From assembly GCA_950097015.1 (NCBI GenBank), contig CATNEN010000001.1, positions 24,614,001 through 24,678,000 of the forward strand: a stretch of 64,000 bases of DNA, given 5' to 3'. A model generated the notes under the pieces. It saw only the letters and a list, made by a program, of their open reading frames with translations, was not told the DNA's origin and did no database searches. Shown here one piece after another: positions 24,301 to 35,423 of this stretch. A program made the position numbers and the translations under genes. Origin of the DNA: Macrostomum hystrix. Its lineage: Eukaryota > Animalia > Platyhelminthes. Position 1 is the first letter of the stretch, and every line of letters begins with the position of its first letter.

Positions 24301-27178
24301 ATCAGTTAGTATTTAAAATAAAATTAGAAGCTTAGACTTACAGTGTAAAATTGATAACAATTGAATATATTACAATTAAAACTTGAAGAATATAATATAT
24401 TGTACAATAATTATATATAAGGTAGTAGGATACAAATAAATAGCTTAACAAAACCGAATATTATAGCTACAAATTGAAGCTTGAAAAGATTTCAGATTTA
24501 GATAGCGTTTGATTGGATAAGTTGCTTTGAAAATTTGAGGTCAAATTTGTCCTACAGCAATTAAACTATTGTAAACATAACCGATTAAAAATTATTTTTT
24601 TGTAGAAATTATAAGGAACAGAACGACTGTAATGTACAATTTCATTATTTAAAAATGCTTTTTTCAGTTTCTGAAGCAACTTATTTTTATTATTATTAAA
24701 TTTTGTTATACAATTTATAAAATGCTTATTTTCAAAATATGCACTCAAAAAGTAAGTTCAACAGCTTTAAAAATGCGCACGTTTGTACACTTAACGGCTC
24801 CAAAAAGTCACCATAGAAGCTTTTTGCAGGACGCAAGAATTTTTACGTTACAAAATAGCACTTTTGTGTGCATTTTTTATTCAGTTTCAAAAGGCTTTTT
24901 AGTTACCTATTTGGTATTTTCTTCTTTTAAAGAATTTTGCGAAATTAGGTCTTTTTAACTTATTACGAAACTGTGGACCCACACTTTTACGCAACGCAAT
25001 GCGCATGATGTCATCTTAAAGCACTTGCTAAATGCTATTTATTGACACCACACTGAAGGCCTGGCGTAGCATCGTTAATAAATGGCAGCGTGAAATATAG
25101 CAAAAAAACGCATAGTACCGGAACCTCGTAATTCGGTAAAATGTTAATAGCGTCAAAATACGAATTTTCGCACACTAACGAAGATGGCAGTCATCTGTAC
25201 GTGTTTACTGGGCACAATAGTGCTCTTGGAAGCTAAGAACCTCATAGCGAAAATTAATATATTTTCCGCCCTATGTAGTGCTCAAGTGGGTTGTTTTTGC
25301 ACAAAATCACGTTTTTCGATTTTGAGAGTAAATTAAAAATTTTTTTTGCAACTGACAGACGTGAATGTCACTTTTTCTTAGAGTAGTCATCTAGATGTTT
25401 CTAATAAGTACTAATATGGGTCATTCTTATGCTTCACCTATCCTTACTATAGGTACAAAGTCATTATTTCATTTCCAGCAAGTCACGTGACCTGGCCTGA
25501 GGTGTACAACGCATCGTGCAATGCCAGCGAACATACACTCAAATTAAAGCACTTTTTAAATGCTAACTATTGACACCACACTGAAGGCCTGGCGTAGCAT
25601 CGTTAATAAATGGCAGCGTGAAATATAGCAAAAAAACGCATAACACCGGAACCTCGTAATTCGGTAAATGTTATTAGCGTAAAAATACGAATTTTCGCAC
25701 ACTAACGAAGATAGCAGTCATCTGTACGTGTTTACTGGGCACAATAGTGCTCTTGGAAGCTAAGAACCTCATAGCGAAAATCAATAAATTTTTCACCCTA
25801 TGTGTGCTCATATGGGTTGTTTTTGCACAAAATCACGTTTTTCGATTTTAAAAGTCAATTATAACAAAATTTTGCAACTGACAGACGTGAATATCATTTT
25901 TTCTGACAGTAGTCATCTAGGTGTTTCTAATAAGTACAAATTTTGGCTCATTCTTACGCTTCACCTATCCTTAGTATAGGTACAAAGTCATTATTTCATT
26001 TCCAGCAAGTCACGTGACCTGTCCTGAGGTGTACAACGCATCGTGCAATGACAGCGAACATACATTCAAATTAAAGTACATCTAAAATGTAGTTCAATGA
26101 CACCAAGTGCGTCGCGCTCCGGTAATCCGTTCAAAAGTTACAGGCTAAAAAGTATGTTCGATATGCAAGCCCCCCGTACCGTCGTTAAAGTACATTTCTG
26201 TACCGGCAGCGACTTCAATAAACTAAGACGAAATTTCAAGATATACATATTGTGCGAAATTTAGTTGTGCACCTTGTCTAAAAAGTCTGATTTTCCTAGC
26301 ATGTCGTCGTTGCTTATTTTTTGTACATTTGTATCATGAAAAATGCATAAAAATAGCCTAAATCACGTTTATCGACTTTAGCAGTGTATGGCTCAGAGTC
26401 AGTGGAACGAAACGGCTCAAAATGTATTATAAACATGTAGATCTTACCTAAATGACCACATTCATGTACTTTTTAGAGCCTCGCAACAAGGTTGAATTTC
26501 CTTTATTTCGGTTCGAATACCTACCCGTCGAATATTCGAATGTAATTAACAGGTGCGAATGTACAGTTAAAGTGAGTATCTTGGTTAAAGTCGTGCGTCA
26601 TGTAAGAGTCCCAGGTGCCATCGTTAGAATGACGCAGCTCAAAGGTCGCGCTGACGCGCGACCTTTGAGCTGCGTCAGTTGAAAGTTAAAAAAAATGTGC
26701 ATTTTTTGACACTTAAAAAACACACTTTTACAGAATTACCTATCAAGGTAAGCATTTAGCGGAAAATAACCAATCAGTGTCTTGAAGGTCTAAAAATTCG
26801 CCAAAAGTTGGGTTCAATCAATTTTTGACTCCATATTGTGAATCCTTATTTTTTAAGATTCAAGATTTCGATGGGTCCAAAAAAATTCACTTTTTTGTTG
26901 CCATGGCAACCAAGACGCGTTGCTATGGAACTTTCACGTCACTCATCTTGTAGCCCTAAATGTTTTACGTCCATAGAGGGGTCACACATGGTTTCATCTC
27001 AAGTGGTTTTAATTCTGCATCAATTTTAGTTTCTAAAACGTTGATTTTACGTTGGGGGAGTCTCCGGGCAATCTTATATCGGTCTCGTTTGTCCGAAAAA
27101 ATTGCCAACGAGGAGCTACGCTCGCTTCGCTCGCTTCGCTCCTCGTTGGCAATTTTTCCGGACTGCACTTCGACCTAA
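21385..27178 (-). mobile_element. Helentron-like element, copy B (5794 bp; diverged subfamily with different cargo), head-to-tail with copy A
   Basis: Same termini. ~1 kb and ~2.8 kb arms are homologous to copy A with substitutions; the middle (~22370-24400) is unrelated to A. Confidence 0.8.
22450..22828. repeat. 48-bp minisatellite (~8 copies) inside copy B
   Basis: Unit GCAGCAGCCGCCCCTTGGTTGGGGTTGCAAAAGTCGCTTGCCACGCTA. Confidence 0.93.
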
Positions 27179-27959
27179 CTAGTGACTAACTTGAATTTTA
27201 GAATCTCTGTTTAATCGGATGCATCTATTTTTTAGCAATATATGATTAAAAAATAGTTGGTTATAATTCTATGCCCAACTCACTGCTTCTTTATTTTAGT
27301 TTTATACTTTCTATATAAAATAAATGTAAATATATAGAGCTACCTATATTACATATAGACCTACTAGCTATGCCTAGACCTAGTTATATGTTTATCAATA
27401 ATCAAGACAGTATCTATCTTGTTAAGAATTGACAGTTTTTATACTTAATGAAATGTATGAATCTAAGCAAATGATTTAATTTTAAACCAAGCTTGTTCTC
27501 TCTTGTTTTTAGACTTTAGCTTATTTTAGCTATTTTGACATTATCTTTACATTAGCTAGTTTTTCCAGTATTTATTAAACAATGATAGCTATTTGCTCTG
27601 ATTTTGTCAAGATGTTCTTATTTCTATTTTCTATTATTTAATGAAAACAATGGCATAATTGGCTAGGGGCCTGAAGGGTTTTTTCTAAAAAATTTGGCTT
27701 TTTTTTAAATCCTATCACAGAGCCCTCCAATTCCCATTTGTGTGCACCCCTAAATCCCTATTGGCACCACCCAATAAAAAAAGCTTAATAACACCCCTGA
27801 ATTCATGTAATTCTTTTATTAACAAGGATTTATTTACCTTTATTGAATTTGGTAAAGCTTTGTGCCATGCCTGAAACTCAGTTTTCTGTTTAGAAAAGGA
27901 AAAAACTGTGGTCCTTTTATCCTTTGTGTCACAATTACTTTTTCATTGTGGTGCATGAT

Positions 27960-28500
27960 TCCAGATGGCATGTGGCCTGGTCTGCCATTAATGCTCTGAC
28001 AGGGCAAAAGTGGCGCATCCAACTGAATCTGGCAGATGGCACTGTGGATGAGCACAGTAACAAGCTACGTGAGTTCTTTGCTGCCATAGTCAATGCGCTG
28101 CCACCACTGCCCAACATCCTGACACTGCCACCAGAGACTCAGTTGCGGTCAAAGGACAGTTTTAACATTGCACCATTCACCATGGCTGAAGTCGTGATGT
28201 TTGCCTATAAGAAGCCAGGCAGCAAAGTGCTGTGTCCACTGTCCAAACAAGGTGTCCATCAAGGTGCTGCATATTCACTGTGTGGCCAGTGAGGTTGCCT
28301 GTGTGATGAACCGAGTGGACCATGACAAACATCATTGCCATATCAAAGAAGCTGGGCACTTCACGGCTATACAAGTATCGAGGCATCTGCCTGCAATCCT
28401 GTGCTGCAAAGTTGTTCAACCAAATGCTGCTACTGTGGTTGCAACCCATGTTGGATCCCTACCTGCGACCTGAGCAGAACAGGTTTCGTTGACTGCCTGC
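27960..28500 (+). pseudogene. Degenerate non-LTR retrotransposon RT fragment
   Basis: AWSAINALTG...PFTMAEV followed, after frameshifts, by IIAISKK...YRGICLQSCAAKLFNQMLL...LRPEQNRF, i.e. N-terminal RT subdomains. Confidence 0.7.
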
Positions 28501-30699
28501 TGGCCTATGCTGGTGCCCCAGACACTGCCGGCAATGCAGTGTTTGTTCGCACCCAGGCTCTGAAGCATGCACTGTGACACTGCTTTTTTACCTGACAGTG
28601 TATTTTGTTGTCGTTGTTGTTATTGTGGCACACAACACTTCATAGGCATCTTGACAATAAAAGACAATGAAAAATGAAAGGTCAGCACTACTTGAACACA
28701 TTTTCATGACTTGAAGTCATAATTAAAACATGTATACTATGAGCTCATATACAAAGATATAAAAAGCTGCAACTACTTCCATTTATTGTTCTCCATTTGA
28801 CATCTCATGGCACAAGCACTATTGAGAAAAGAAACTCATTTCAATACACAATAATCAGAAAAATGTAAAAGAAATCTCGAAATCAACTGAAGTAGTATAA
28901 ATGGATTTAAATTATTCTTTATAACAAATGATTCTTAAAATTCAAGGCAATTTTCACAATTGAGACACAAAAATAATATCTATATAATCTTAAATTATAG
29001 ACATGAAGTAATATATCTTTCTCTACATAATGTCTTTGTATGTCCATGAGGACAGTCAGAAGCTTACTACCTTGCAAGGGGCATCAATCACATGGTGATT
29101 AGACTGACTGGATGGGGTTGTCTAGCTGGTGACTACAGCACTTGGTTGAAAATGCAGTAAACATGAACAAGGTCCTTAGGCTCCAGGCTAGGCTCTCAAA
29201 TAGGTAGCCCAGAAGCTCCACCAGGTTGTTCTCTGACCGGCTGGGGCTCCACCACAGGTAGGTAGAACTGGGGCAGTGGTGTTGGCACAAAGCAGAAAGG
29301 CATGGACTTTCCCTGGAATGGCACAAAAAGTAAAAAACACACTAGAGCCACAATAGCAAGAACATTTTACAATTTCTTACTATAGTAAATACAATAAATT
29401 ATATTACCAAAAATATTCTAACATTACACACTAATACATAGCAGAATTAGTCTACCACTGAATGAGAGCCAGATAGCTTACCTGGGCCATATCAACCTTG
29501 AAGATCTCAATAGGCATAACAATAATAGCAAAAGCTCTGAGTACTAGTGTCAGTGCAGCAAAACTTTATTATAGCTAAAATGTGATAAGGAACAAGTAAC
29601 ACTTCTTGTTTTATCTTTTTTAATTAAATGTTTCAATGTTGAAAATTTAAAGCTTACAAGCATAGACTGTGGAAGTGCTATTACTTATATTTATCGGCAA
29701 TAATTTTGCCCCAATAGACAAAAAATACAACAGGCCTACTTACAACTTCTGGACTGTTAAATTCAATTGGAAATAAGTGATTAATTTAAAGAAAATCAAA
29801 TTCATCAAAACAACCAAGTCAAGCTAATATTAGCCATAAAAATACTATACTTGTTAAAAAAGAAGAAATGTAAAATTATAGTAGTGTCGTAGGCCTACTT
29901 CTTAACTCCCACTGCTTTCACCAATTTGTCGTAGGCTCTCTCCTCTTTGGGTTAAATATCACCGATACTCTTTTATTAAATATTAAAAAAATTGCTTATT
30001 TCACACCTTGGATTACCCTTTGAAATAACTCTTAATTTCCCTTGTCTATGACTTAGTTATTCTTCATAGGCTAGCTATGTATCCTCTTATTGCATATGCA
30101 TATATTGTTTAACTTGGCCAGATAGGCTGCTTTCCTTCCAAAATTGGTAGCGTTCTCACGAGTGTCCGAGCGGCAAGACACTTCTTCCTCTCCTTACTAA
30201 CTCACAACTGTCTGGCTCTCTGGTTTGTTCCCAGTCTTTCAAGGCTTCCAATGGACTGAAGTTGCCCAACTTTGCACACAGTGCTGTTCCACCAATCAGG
30301 ATTTTACCCTCAGCTCTTTAGTTTTACACTCTACTACGGCTTTTTTTTATAACTATCTCCTTCTTTATTCTTTCGAATGTTCACCAACTTGTGTATTATC
30401 ACAGACCTGCTTTTCTCCTTCTCTCTAAAATAATTGAATTCAAACACTTTGAGATTTATTCTCCTTTGTTTTCTCAGAACTGGGCACGGGGCACCGGTTG
30501 GGGATTTTGGGCAAAACTGCATCTATATTTATAGCAAAATTGGGGTGGATGATACGGTGTATTATAACAAAATGAAAATCGGGAAAAAGCATTTGGCGGG
30601 AATTCAACTTATAATTCTACGATAAAATTTGGGCCTGCCTCAACTGGCTTCCCCTATATAAATTTTGGAATAAGAAATACAACGCGTGACAAAATTTAT

Positions 30700-30850
30700 A
30701 GTAATAATAGCATACATAAAAACGGGTAGCAAAAATAGCATACACACAAAGTAAAAATGGGTAGCAAAATACAAAGTAAAACGGGTAGCAAAAATAGCAC
30801 ACACACAAAGTAAAACGGGTAGCGAAAAGGCATAATAAAACGGGTGACAA
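30700..30850. repeat. Short degenerate tandem repeat (AAAACGGGTAGCAAAA... x ~5)
   Basis: Directly visible. Confidence 0.7.
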
Positions 30851-30880
30851 ACGTTATAGTAACACGGTTAGATTGTCCTT

Positions 30881-31223
30881 TTAAGAAAAGTAGCACTCCT
30901 CGGTCAGTCTTTCGTTGCGGGGCCATCCCACTGTGCTGGCCATCCACCTCAACTCAATGTTGAGAGGAATGCGATTTACTGGCAGTGGGCTGCGATTGAT
31001 AACCTTCCGCGCATACTGCACAGCTCTCTTCCAGGCAGTTATACAGTGCGCCCTTGAGAACTTCTCGCATAGCACTCGCATGACGGAGTAAATTGCAGCT
31101 CGCTTTGGGTACCGCCGGTCGTTGTTGAATAGTCCAGCGTCCAGAATGTAGCCTTTCATGTGCCGAATCAGCCGTTTGAAATGCTCGTGCTGAGCATGTG
31201 GGATCTCCGCCATTGTTCGGGCG
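30881..31223 (-). CDS. C-terminal part of an ORF split by the LINE insertion (helical, basic domain)
   Basis: Removing the LINE and one TSD copy joins ...VENQE-F-ARTMAEIPHAQH... in frame with 36271-35424. Confidence 0.8.
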
Positions 31224-31291
31224 AATTCTTGGTTCTCATCATCATCATCAGTCCTTTTCTCGCCTCGCGGCGTGGACGCTCTGCCGCCGAC

Positions 31292-33934
31292 TCACTGGCA
31301 GGTCTTTCGATGTCTGGCCATGTTCGTGCGGGCCAGCATCCTCCCGCAGTCCGGGCACGGAGCTCTGGCGCTCTTGTAGATCCGCGCCGTAATCCCCGTC
31401 GTCTGCTGGCCTCTCCCCGTTGGTACTGCTGCTTCTTCTGCCCTCTCGTCCGGTGTCGCGCCCGCCTCTGGCTTCCTTCCGTTCTCCTTGCACCGTTTCC
31501 TATGCCGCGCGTGATTGGACTTGCTTATCCACTTGTTGCACTCTCCGCAGTGGACTTCTTTCGCCGATCGCTCCTCTCCTCCGCACCTCTTCTGGTGGTT
31601 TTTTCTTGTCGCCTCCGTGAAGAAGGTAGCGTTGCACTTTAGGCACGGCAGCGGTGTCTTCGTAAATTGATGGTGTATCCTCCGTTGGTGTACGGCTAAC
31701 CCGGCTCTCGACGCGCACACCTTCCCGCAGTTCTCGTAATTGCACCTGTACCCGGTCAGCTCCGATTCCACTTCTCCGGCTTCTCTTTCCTGTGCTGTTT
31801 CTTCCTCAGTCGTCTCTGCTTTCTTTCCTTTCTTCCTCTCGCTCTCCTCCAGCGCTCTTTCCCTGATGCGTAACTTCTTTCTCCAAGCCTCTCTATCGGT
31901 CACCAGCCTTTCGACCTCCAGCTCATCGATTTCTGCCGTGCGCAGTAGCTTTCTCCATACCGAGATGATGGTCTGCCTTCTCTTCCGCGCTTTCTTGATG
32001 GTAGTCAGCTTCTTGCTCCAGCCGAGGACACATCTTTTGACGGTGCTGGTATCCGGGAGTCTGAGTACGTGGCCTAGCCTGCGCCAGTGGGCCGATTCGA
32101 CTTTGGCGCCGATGCTTCGGACCCGCAGTTCGTTCCGCACGTCCCACATGTTCACTTTTTTTCTCTCCATTTCTTTTAGCGGTGGTTCGGTCTTGCTGCT
32201 CCACACGTACCGATAACGACGGTCCATTGCCTGCTGCATCCGCTTAATTTCCGACTTGTGGAAGGGCCGGGCGCCTGCATTGAAGAGCATCGTGCTCTCA
32301 ACACAGGTCTCTATGATCCTAGCTTGGGTGCGTTTGCTTAGTCGTGTTTTGCGTAGCATGCATTTGACTCCCGCCCACGCTTTGGCAGCTCTCTGCAGCC
32401 GCTGGGCGGTGTCCTGCTTTCTGCCGATCCAGGTGCCCAGTATCCGGATGTTCTGACTCTCAGGTGTTCCTAGCTTAGCTCGCTCTTCCTTCTCATCGTT
32501 CGTCCGTTCTTCTAGGATTCCGATGGTCTCGATGACGGTTCTCGTCCCTTGCTCGATTTCCTCGGATCCCCCGACAATAGTGGTGTCGTCAGCGAACAGT
32601 ACTTCTGTGATTGTTATCTCCGCCGCTTCTTCGTTGTAACCTCCCATCTTTTTAGGCGGTAAGCATTTGCCCGGTCGGCAAACCCACTTGATTCCGCATT
32701 CGGCCCCGGTGTTCTTCGCTTTTTCCATGCGCCTCTCTTTTGCTATCCGTATCGCCGTCTGGTGATAGATGTTGAAGAGGATAGGCGATGTGGCGCAGCC
32801 TTCTCTCAGCCCGAGTTGTGGGTAAAATTCGGAACTTGTCTCTGCGCCGCACCGTACCGTGTACGCGGTGTACTCGTGCAGGTCTGCCAGCTTTTTTATC
32901 GTGTGCTCCGGCATGTGCTGATGTTTCAGCAGTTCCCAAAGAGCCGGCTTGTTTACCCGCGGGTAGGCCTTCTTAAGGTCTAGCAAGACTAGGCTGGTAT
33001 CCATCGACTCTGCCCATTCTGGGCTCTCTCTGATCTTCTCGGCGTCCTCGTTCAGTCTGAGTATGATCTGGGTCGCATCCATAGTGGACCGGCCGCTCCG
33101 GAAACCGAACTGGTTGTCGTCTAGCAGACCCATGTTCTCCGTCCATGAGCTCAGCCTCGTCGCCAGTATCCGAGCGAGTATCCTGCTTGCGACTGGTAGG
33201 AGGCAGATCCCTCTGAAATTATTTAGGTTCGCCCGATCGCCTTTCTTGTGGAGTGGTATGATTACACCTACTTTCTGGTCCTCCTCCCAGGTGTCCGCTG
33301 GGTTGTTCCAGATGTAGTGCACTGCTTTCCGGACCTCCGTTTGGGCCATTGCGCACGCGCTGGTGATGTAGCGCATTCGGATGCCGTCTAAGCCCGGGGC
33401 CCCGTCTTTGATCTTTTTGATTTCGTCGTCGATCTCTTTGTTTGTTAGTGGTCTGGACAGCCGGTCATTGGCTTCCTCTATCGTAGCCTTGTCTACGCTT
33501 GGCTTTGGGGCTGACCTAATTAGATTGAGCATTTCCTCCTGGTCGTTCTCGAACCGTTGCTCCTGGATCTTTGACAGGTGTTCCTTGAAGTCTTCCGCCG
33601 TGAACAGTGGTACTGTTCTGCTGTTGTTCTCATTTTGCTTTGTGTTCCTGCCCATCTTCCGCAAACAGTCGTACATCCCAGCCACGTTTCCCGTGTCGCA
33701 GTTCCGCTTGCACTCTTCGGCAATCTCCATCCACCACTGTTCCATCCACTCTTGGAGTTTCTTCTTCTGCTTTCCCCGCTTCTCTTTCAGCCCTTGTGTG
33801 GCTCGGGTCAAGGCCACCGTCCGCTCTTCTACTGTTAGGGTCCCTTCGGGTGACTTCTTAACTCGGTTGCGGGCGCTCAGGGCGTGCTCCACTTCTTTGT
33901 TTCTGCCAGCTCTTCTTCGTGCCCTACCATCCAC
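31292..33934 (-). CDS. LINE ORF, RT plus C-terminal zinc fingers (frameshifted from the APE part near 33890)
   Basis: QFGFRSGRST, LDLKKAY, GLREGCATSPILFNIY, LFADD, WRRLGHVLR and several C-x2/4-C...H/C fingers. Confidence 0.92.
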   Translation of the reverse strand: MDGRARRRAGRNKEVEHALSARNRVKKSPEGTLTVEERTVALTRATQGLKEKRGKQKKKLQEWMEQWWMEIAEECKRNCDTGNVAGMYDCLRKMGRNTKQNENNSRTVPLFTAEDFKEHLSKIQEQRFENDQEEMLNLIRSAPKPSVDKATIEEANDRLSRPLTNKEIDDEIKKIKDGAPGLDGIRMRYITSACAMAQTEVRKAVHYIWNNPADTWEEDQKVGVIIPLHKKGDRANLNNFRGICLLPVASRILARILATRLSSWTENMGLLDDNQFGFRSGRSTMDATQIILRLNEDAEKIRESPEWAESMDTSLVLLDLKKAYPRVNKPALWELLKHQHMPEHTIKKLADLHEYTAYTVRCGAETSSEFYPQLGLREGCATSPILFNIYHQTAIRIAKERRMEKAKNTGAECGIKWVCRPGKCLPPKKMGGYNEEAAEITITEVLFADDTTIVGGSEEIEQGTRTVIETIGILEERTNDEKEERAKLGTPESQNIRILGTWIGRKQDTAQRLQRAAKAWAGVKCMLRKTRLSKRTQARIIETCVESTMLFNAGARPFHKSEIKRMQQAMDRRYRYVWSSKTEPPLKEMERKKVNMWDVRNELRVRSIGAKVESAHWRRLGHVLRLPDTSTVKRCVLGWSKKLTTIKKARKRRQTIISVWRKLLRTAEIDELEVERLVTDREAWRKKLRIRERALEESERKKGKKAETTEEETAQEREAGEVESELTGYRCNYENCGKVCASRAGLAVHQRRIHHQFTKTPLPCLKCNATFFTEATRKNHQKRCGGEERSAKEVHCGECNKWISKSNHARHRKRCKENGRKPEAGATPDERAEEAAVPTGRGQQTTGITARIYKSARAPCPDCGRMLARTNMARHRKTCQ

Positions 33935-35322
33935 GGGTTCGTCTGTCTCGTCTTTGGGCCGCAGATTTCTCTCGCGGCTTCAAGCATCGTTTGTTTCGTC
34001 GTTTCCCAGTCGGTCTCGCCCTTTCCAGCTAGCACTTCCTCCGTCTTTTTTCTGTATAGTTCGCGTACGCCGACATCGCGGAGCCGGTCCCAGGCGATTT
34101 CGTTTTTTTGGTTTTTTGGATACTTCCTGGTTGGTTCCGCGCATCTCTCCGCGAATCTTCTCTTCAGGGTGATGACCTTCGGTAGGTGGTCGGACCTCGT
34201 ATGGTGATTCGGATCGTGGTCGGTCCTGATGCTCCCGATGATCCGGTGTCTCTGCTCTTTCTTGGTGATGAAGCCGTCAATCTCGTACCATTGGTGTGAC
34301 CTCGGGTTCCGCCAGGTGCCTTGCTTCTTCTGCCTGTAGAAGGTGCTCGCCCATGCCAGGCCTAGGCTTTCTAGCCAAAGAAGTAGGTCTTCACCCTGTT
34401 GGTTCGTTGGTCCGATTCCATAACGGCCTGTGCTCGAGAGACGGTGCACTCCGCTCCCAACGCTGGCGTTGAAATCTCCACCGATGATTAGTACAGCCTT
34501 CTTTGCAAAGGTGTTCAGCATCCTTTCGATTTCTTCTCGGATCTCATCCACTTCTTCCTCGTACTCTTTACCCTTCTTGACCGGTTGGTATATGGCTACC
34601 AGGATCACTCCGCCTATTTCCAGCGCAAGTGTTCGTTTCATCGGGTGCATCTTCCTCCCAGTTTCGTTCCACATTGTCCAGGCTGTTTCTCCCAGAAGCA
34701 TTCCCACCTTCTGGGAGTGGACTAGGTGCATCTCTGCTTCTCTGTGATGGTAGCTTCTGATGCCAACGCCAGGTGTGTCAAGTTCGGATAGGAGGGTGAC
34801 GTCCCATCCCTTTCCTATCGCGTACTTAACGACCTCGCCGAACCTTCCGCTTCCTACGTTCGCTCTGCGCATATTCCACGTCGCTAGCTTTATGTCGTTA
34901 TTGTGCCACCTCTCATTTGCCCTCCTGGCCTTCTCTCTAGCTTTCCTATCTCGTACCTTTTTTCGTCGTGTGGTTCGTCTGAGCTTCCGTGCCGTCTTTT
35001 GTGCTGGACGCCTCGGTCCTGGGTTCTTTTCGATGGTCTCGAGCGCTCTGCTGATTTCAGCCCTTCGCCTTTCCTTGCTTTCTGGGTACGTGCAATTACT
35101 CTCTTCCTTGTTCGCTTCATGCTCCTTCTTTTTTTTGTTTTTTTTTGATATTTTCCGCAGCAGTTCCTCACTCTCTCTCTCACTTTCGGCAAAGCTTTCA
35201 ACCTTACTGTTGTTTCGAGAGGTGCCTGGGTCGGTTAGGTCCAAGCCACTCTGTTGCGAGGAGGTTTGCCCATAGACCGCGGCTGTTACGCCGAGGCTAC
35301 GGGCCTCTCTCCCCCCCCCCCC
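33877..35322 (-). CDS. LINE ORF N-terminal part: 2A-like motif plus AP endonuclease
   Basis: LATWNM, LLSE, GGDFNA, EIDGF and SDHLP APE motifs; TIEKNPGP upstream. No ATG before the APE domain, so the start is uncertain. Confidence 0.85.
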   Translation of the reverse strand, partial: GGGGREARSLGVTAAVYGQTSSQQSGLDLTDPGTSRNNSKVESFAESERESEELLRKISKKNKKKKEHEANKEESNCTYPESKERRRAEISRALETIEKNPGPRRPAQKTARKLRRTTRRKKVRDRKAREKARRANERWHNNDIKLATWNMRRANVGSGRFGEVVKYAIGKGWDVTLLSELDTPGVGIRSYHHREAEMHLVHSQKVGMLLGETAWTMWNETGRKMHPMKRTLALEIGGVILVAIYQPVKKGKEYEEEVDEIREEIERMLNTFAKKAVLIIGGDFNASVGSGVHRLSSTGRYGIGPTNQQGEDLLLWLESLGLAWASTFYRQKKQGTWRNPRSHQWYEIDGFITKKEQRHRIIGSIRTDHDPNHHTRSDHLPKVITLKRRFAERCAEPTRKYPKNQKNEIAWDRLRDVGVRELYRKKTEEVLAGKGETDWETTKQTMLEAAREICGPKTRQTNPWMVGHEEELAETKKWSTP

Positions 35323-35413
35323 GATTCTGCTTTGCCAACCGGGTTGCTCCGGTTGCCCGCTTGGCACCGCGTGTTGACGGCACGCTTCGTGGAGGTGCAG
35401 AATCTTGCCAAGC
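35323..35413 (-). ncRNA. HDV-like self-cleaving ribozyme at the LINE 5' end
   Basis: P1 GCTTGGC/GCCAAGC, P2 GATTCTGC/GCAGAATC, P3 ACC/GGT, P1.1 CC/GG, P4 CAACCGG/CCGGTTG and J4/2 GCAAA with the catalytic C, all in canonical nested order. Confidence 0.85.
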
Positions 35414-35423
35414 TTAATCTTGC

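Larger units (their letters stand above)
31238..35423 (-). mobile_element. Full-length RTE-like non-LTR retrotransposon (4186 bp)
   Basis: 14-bp TSD AATTCTTGGTTCTC (31224-31237 and 35424-35437), (TGA)n 3' tail, APE-RT-C2H2 zinc-finger coding region and a 5' HDV-like ribozyme. Confidence 0.92.

Noticed and set aside
29040-29500. Possible minus-strand host exons
   Set aside because: There are only short frames and isolated splice-like motifs; no coherent gene model could be built.
30000-30865. 3' LTR of the minus-strand Gypsy (a TGTTAC start near 30864)
   Set aside because: There is no convincing polypurine tract and the partner LTR is outside the window, so it cannot be supported.
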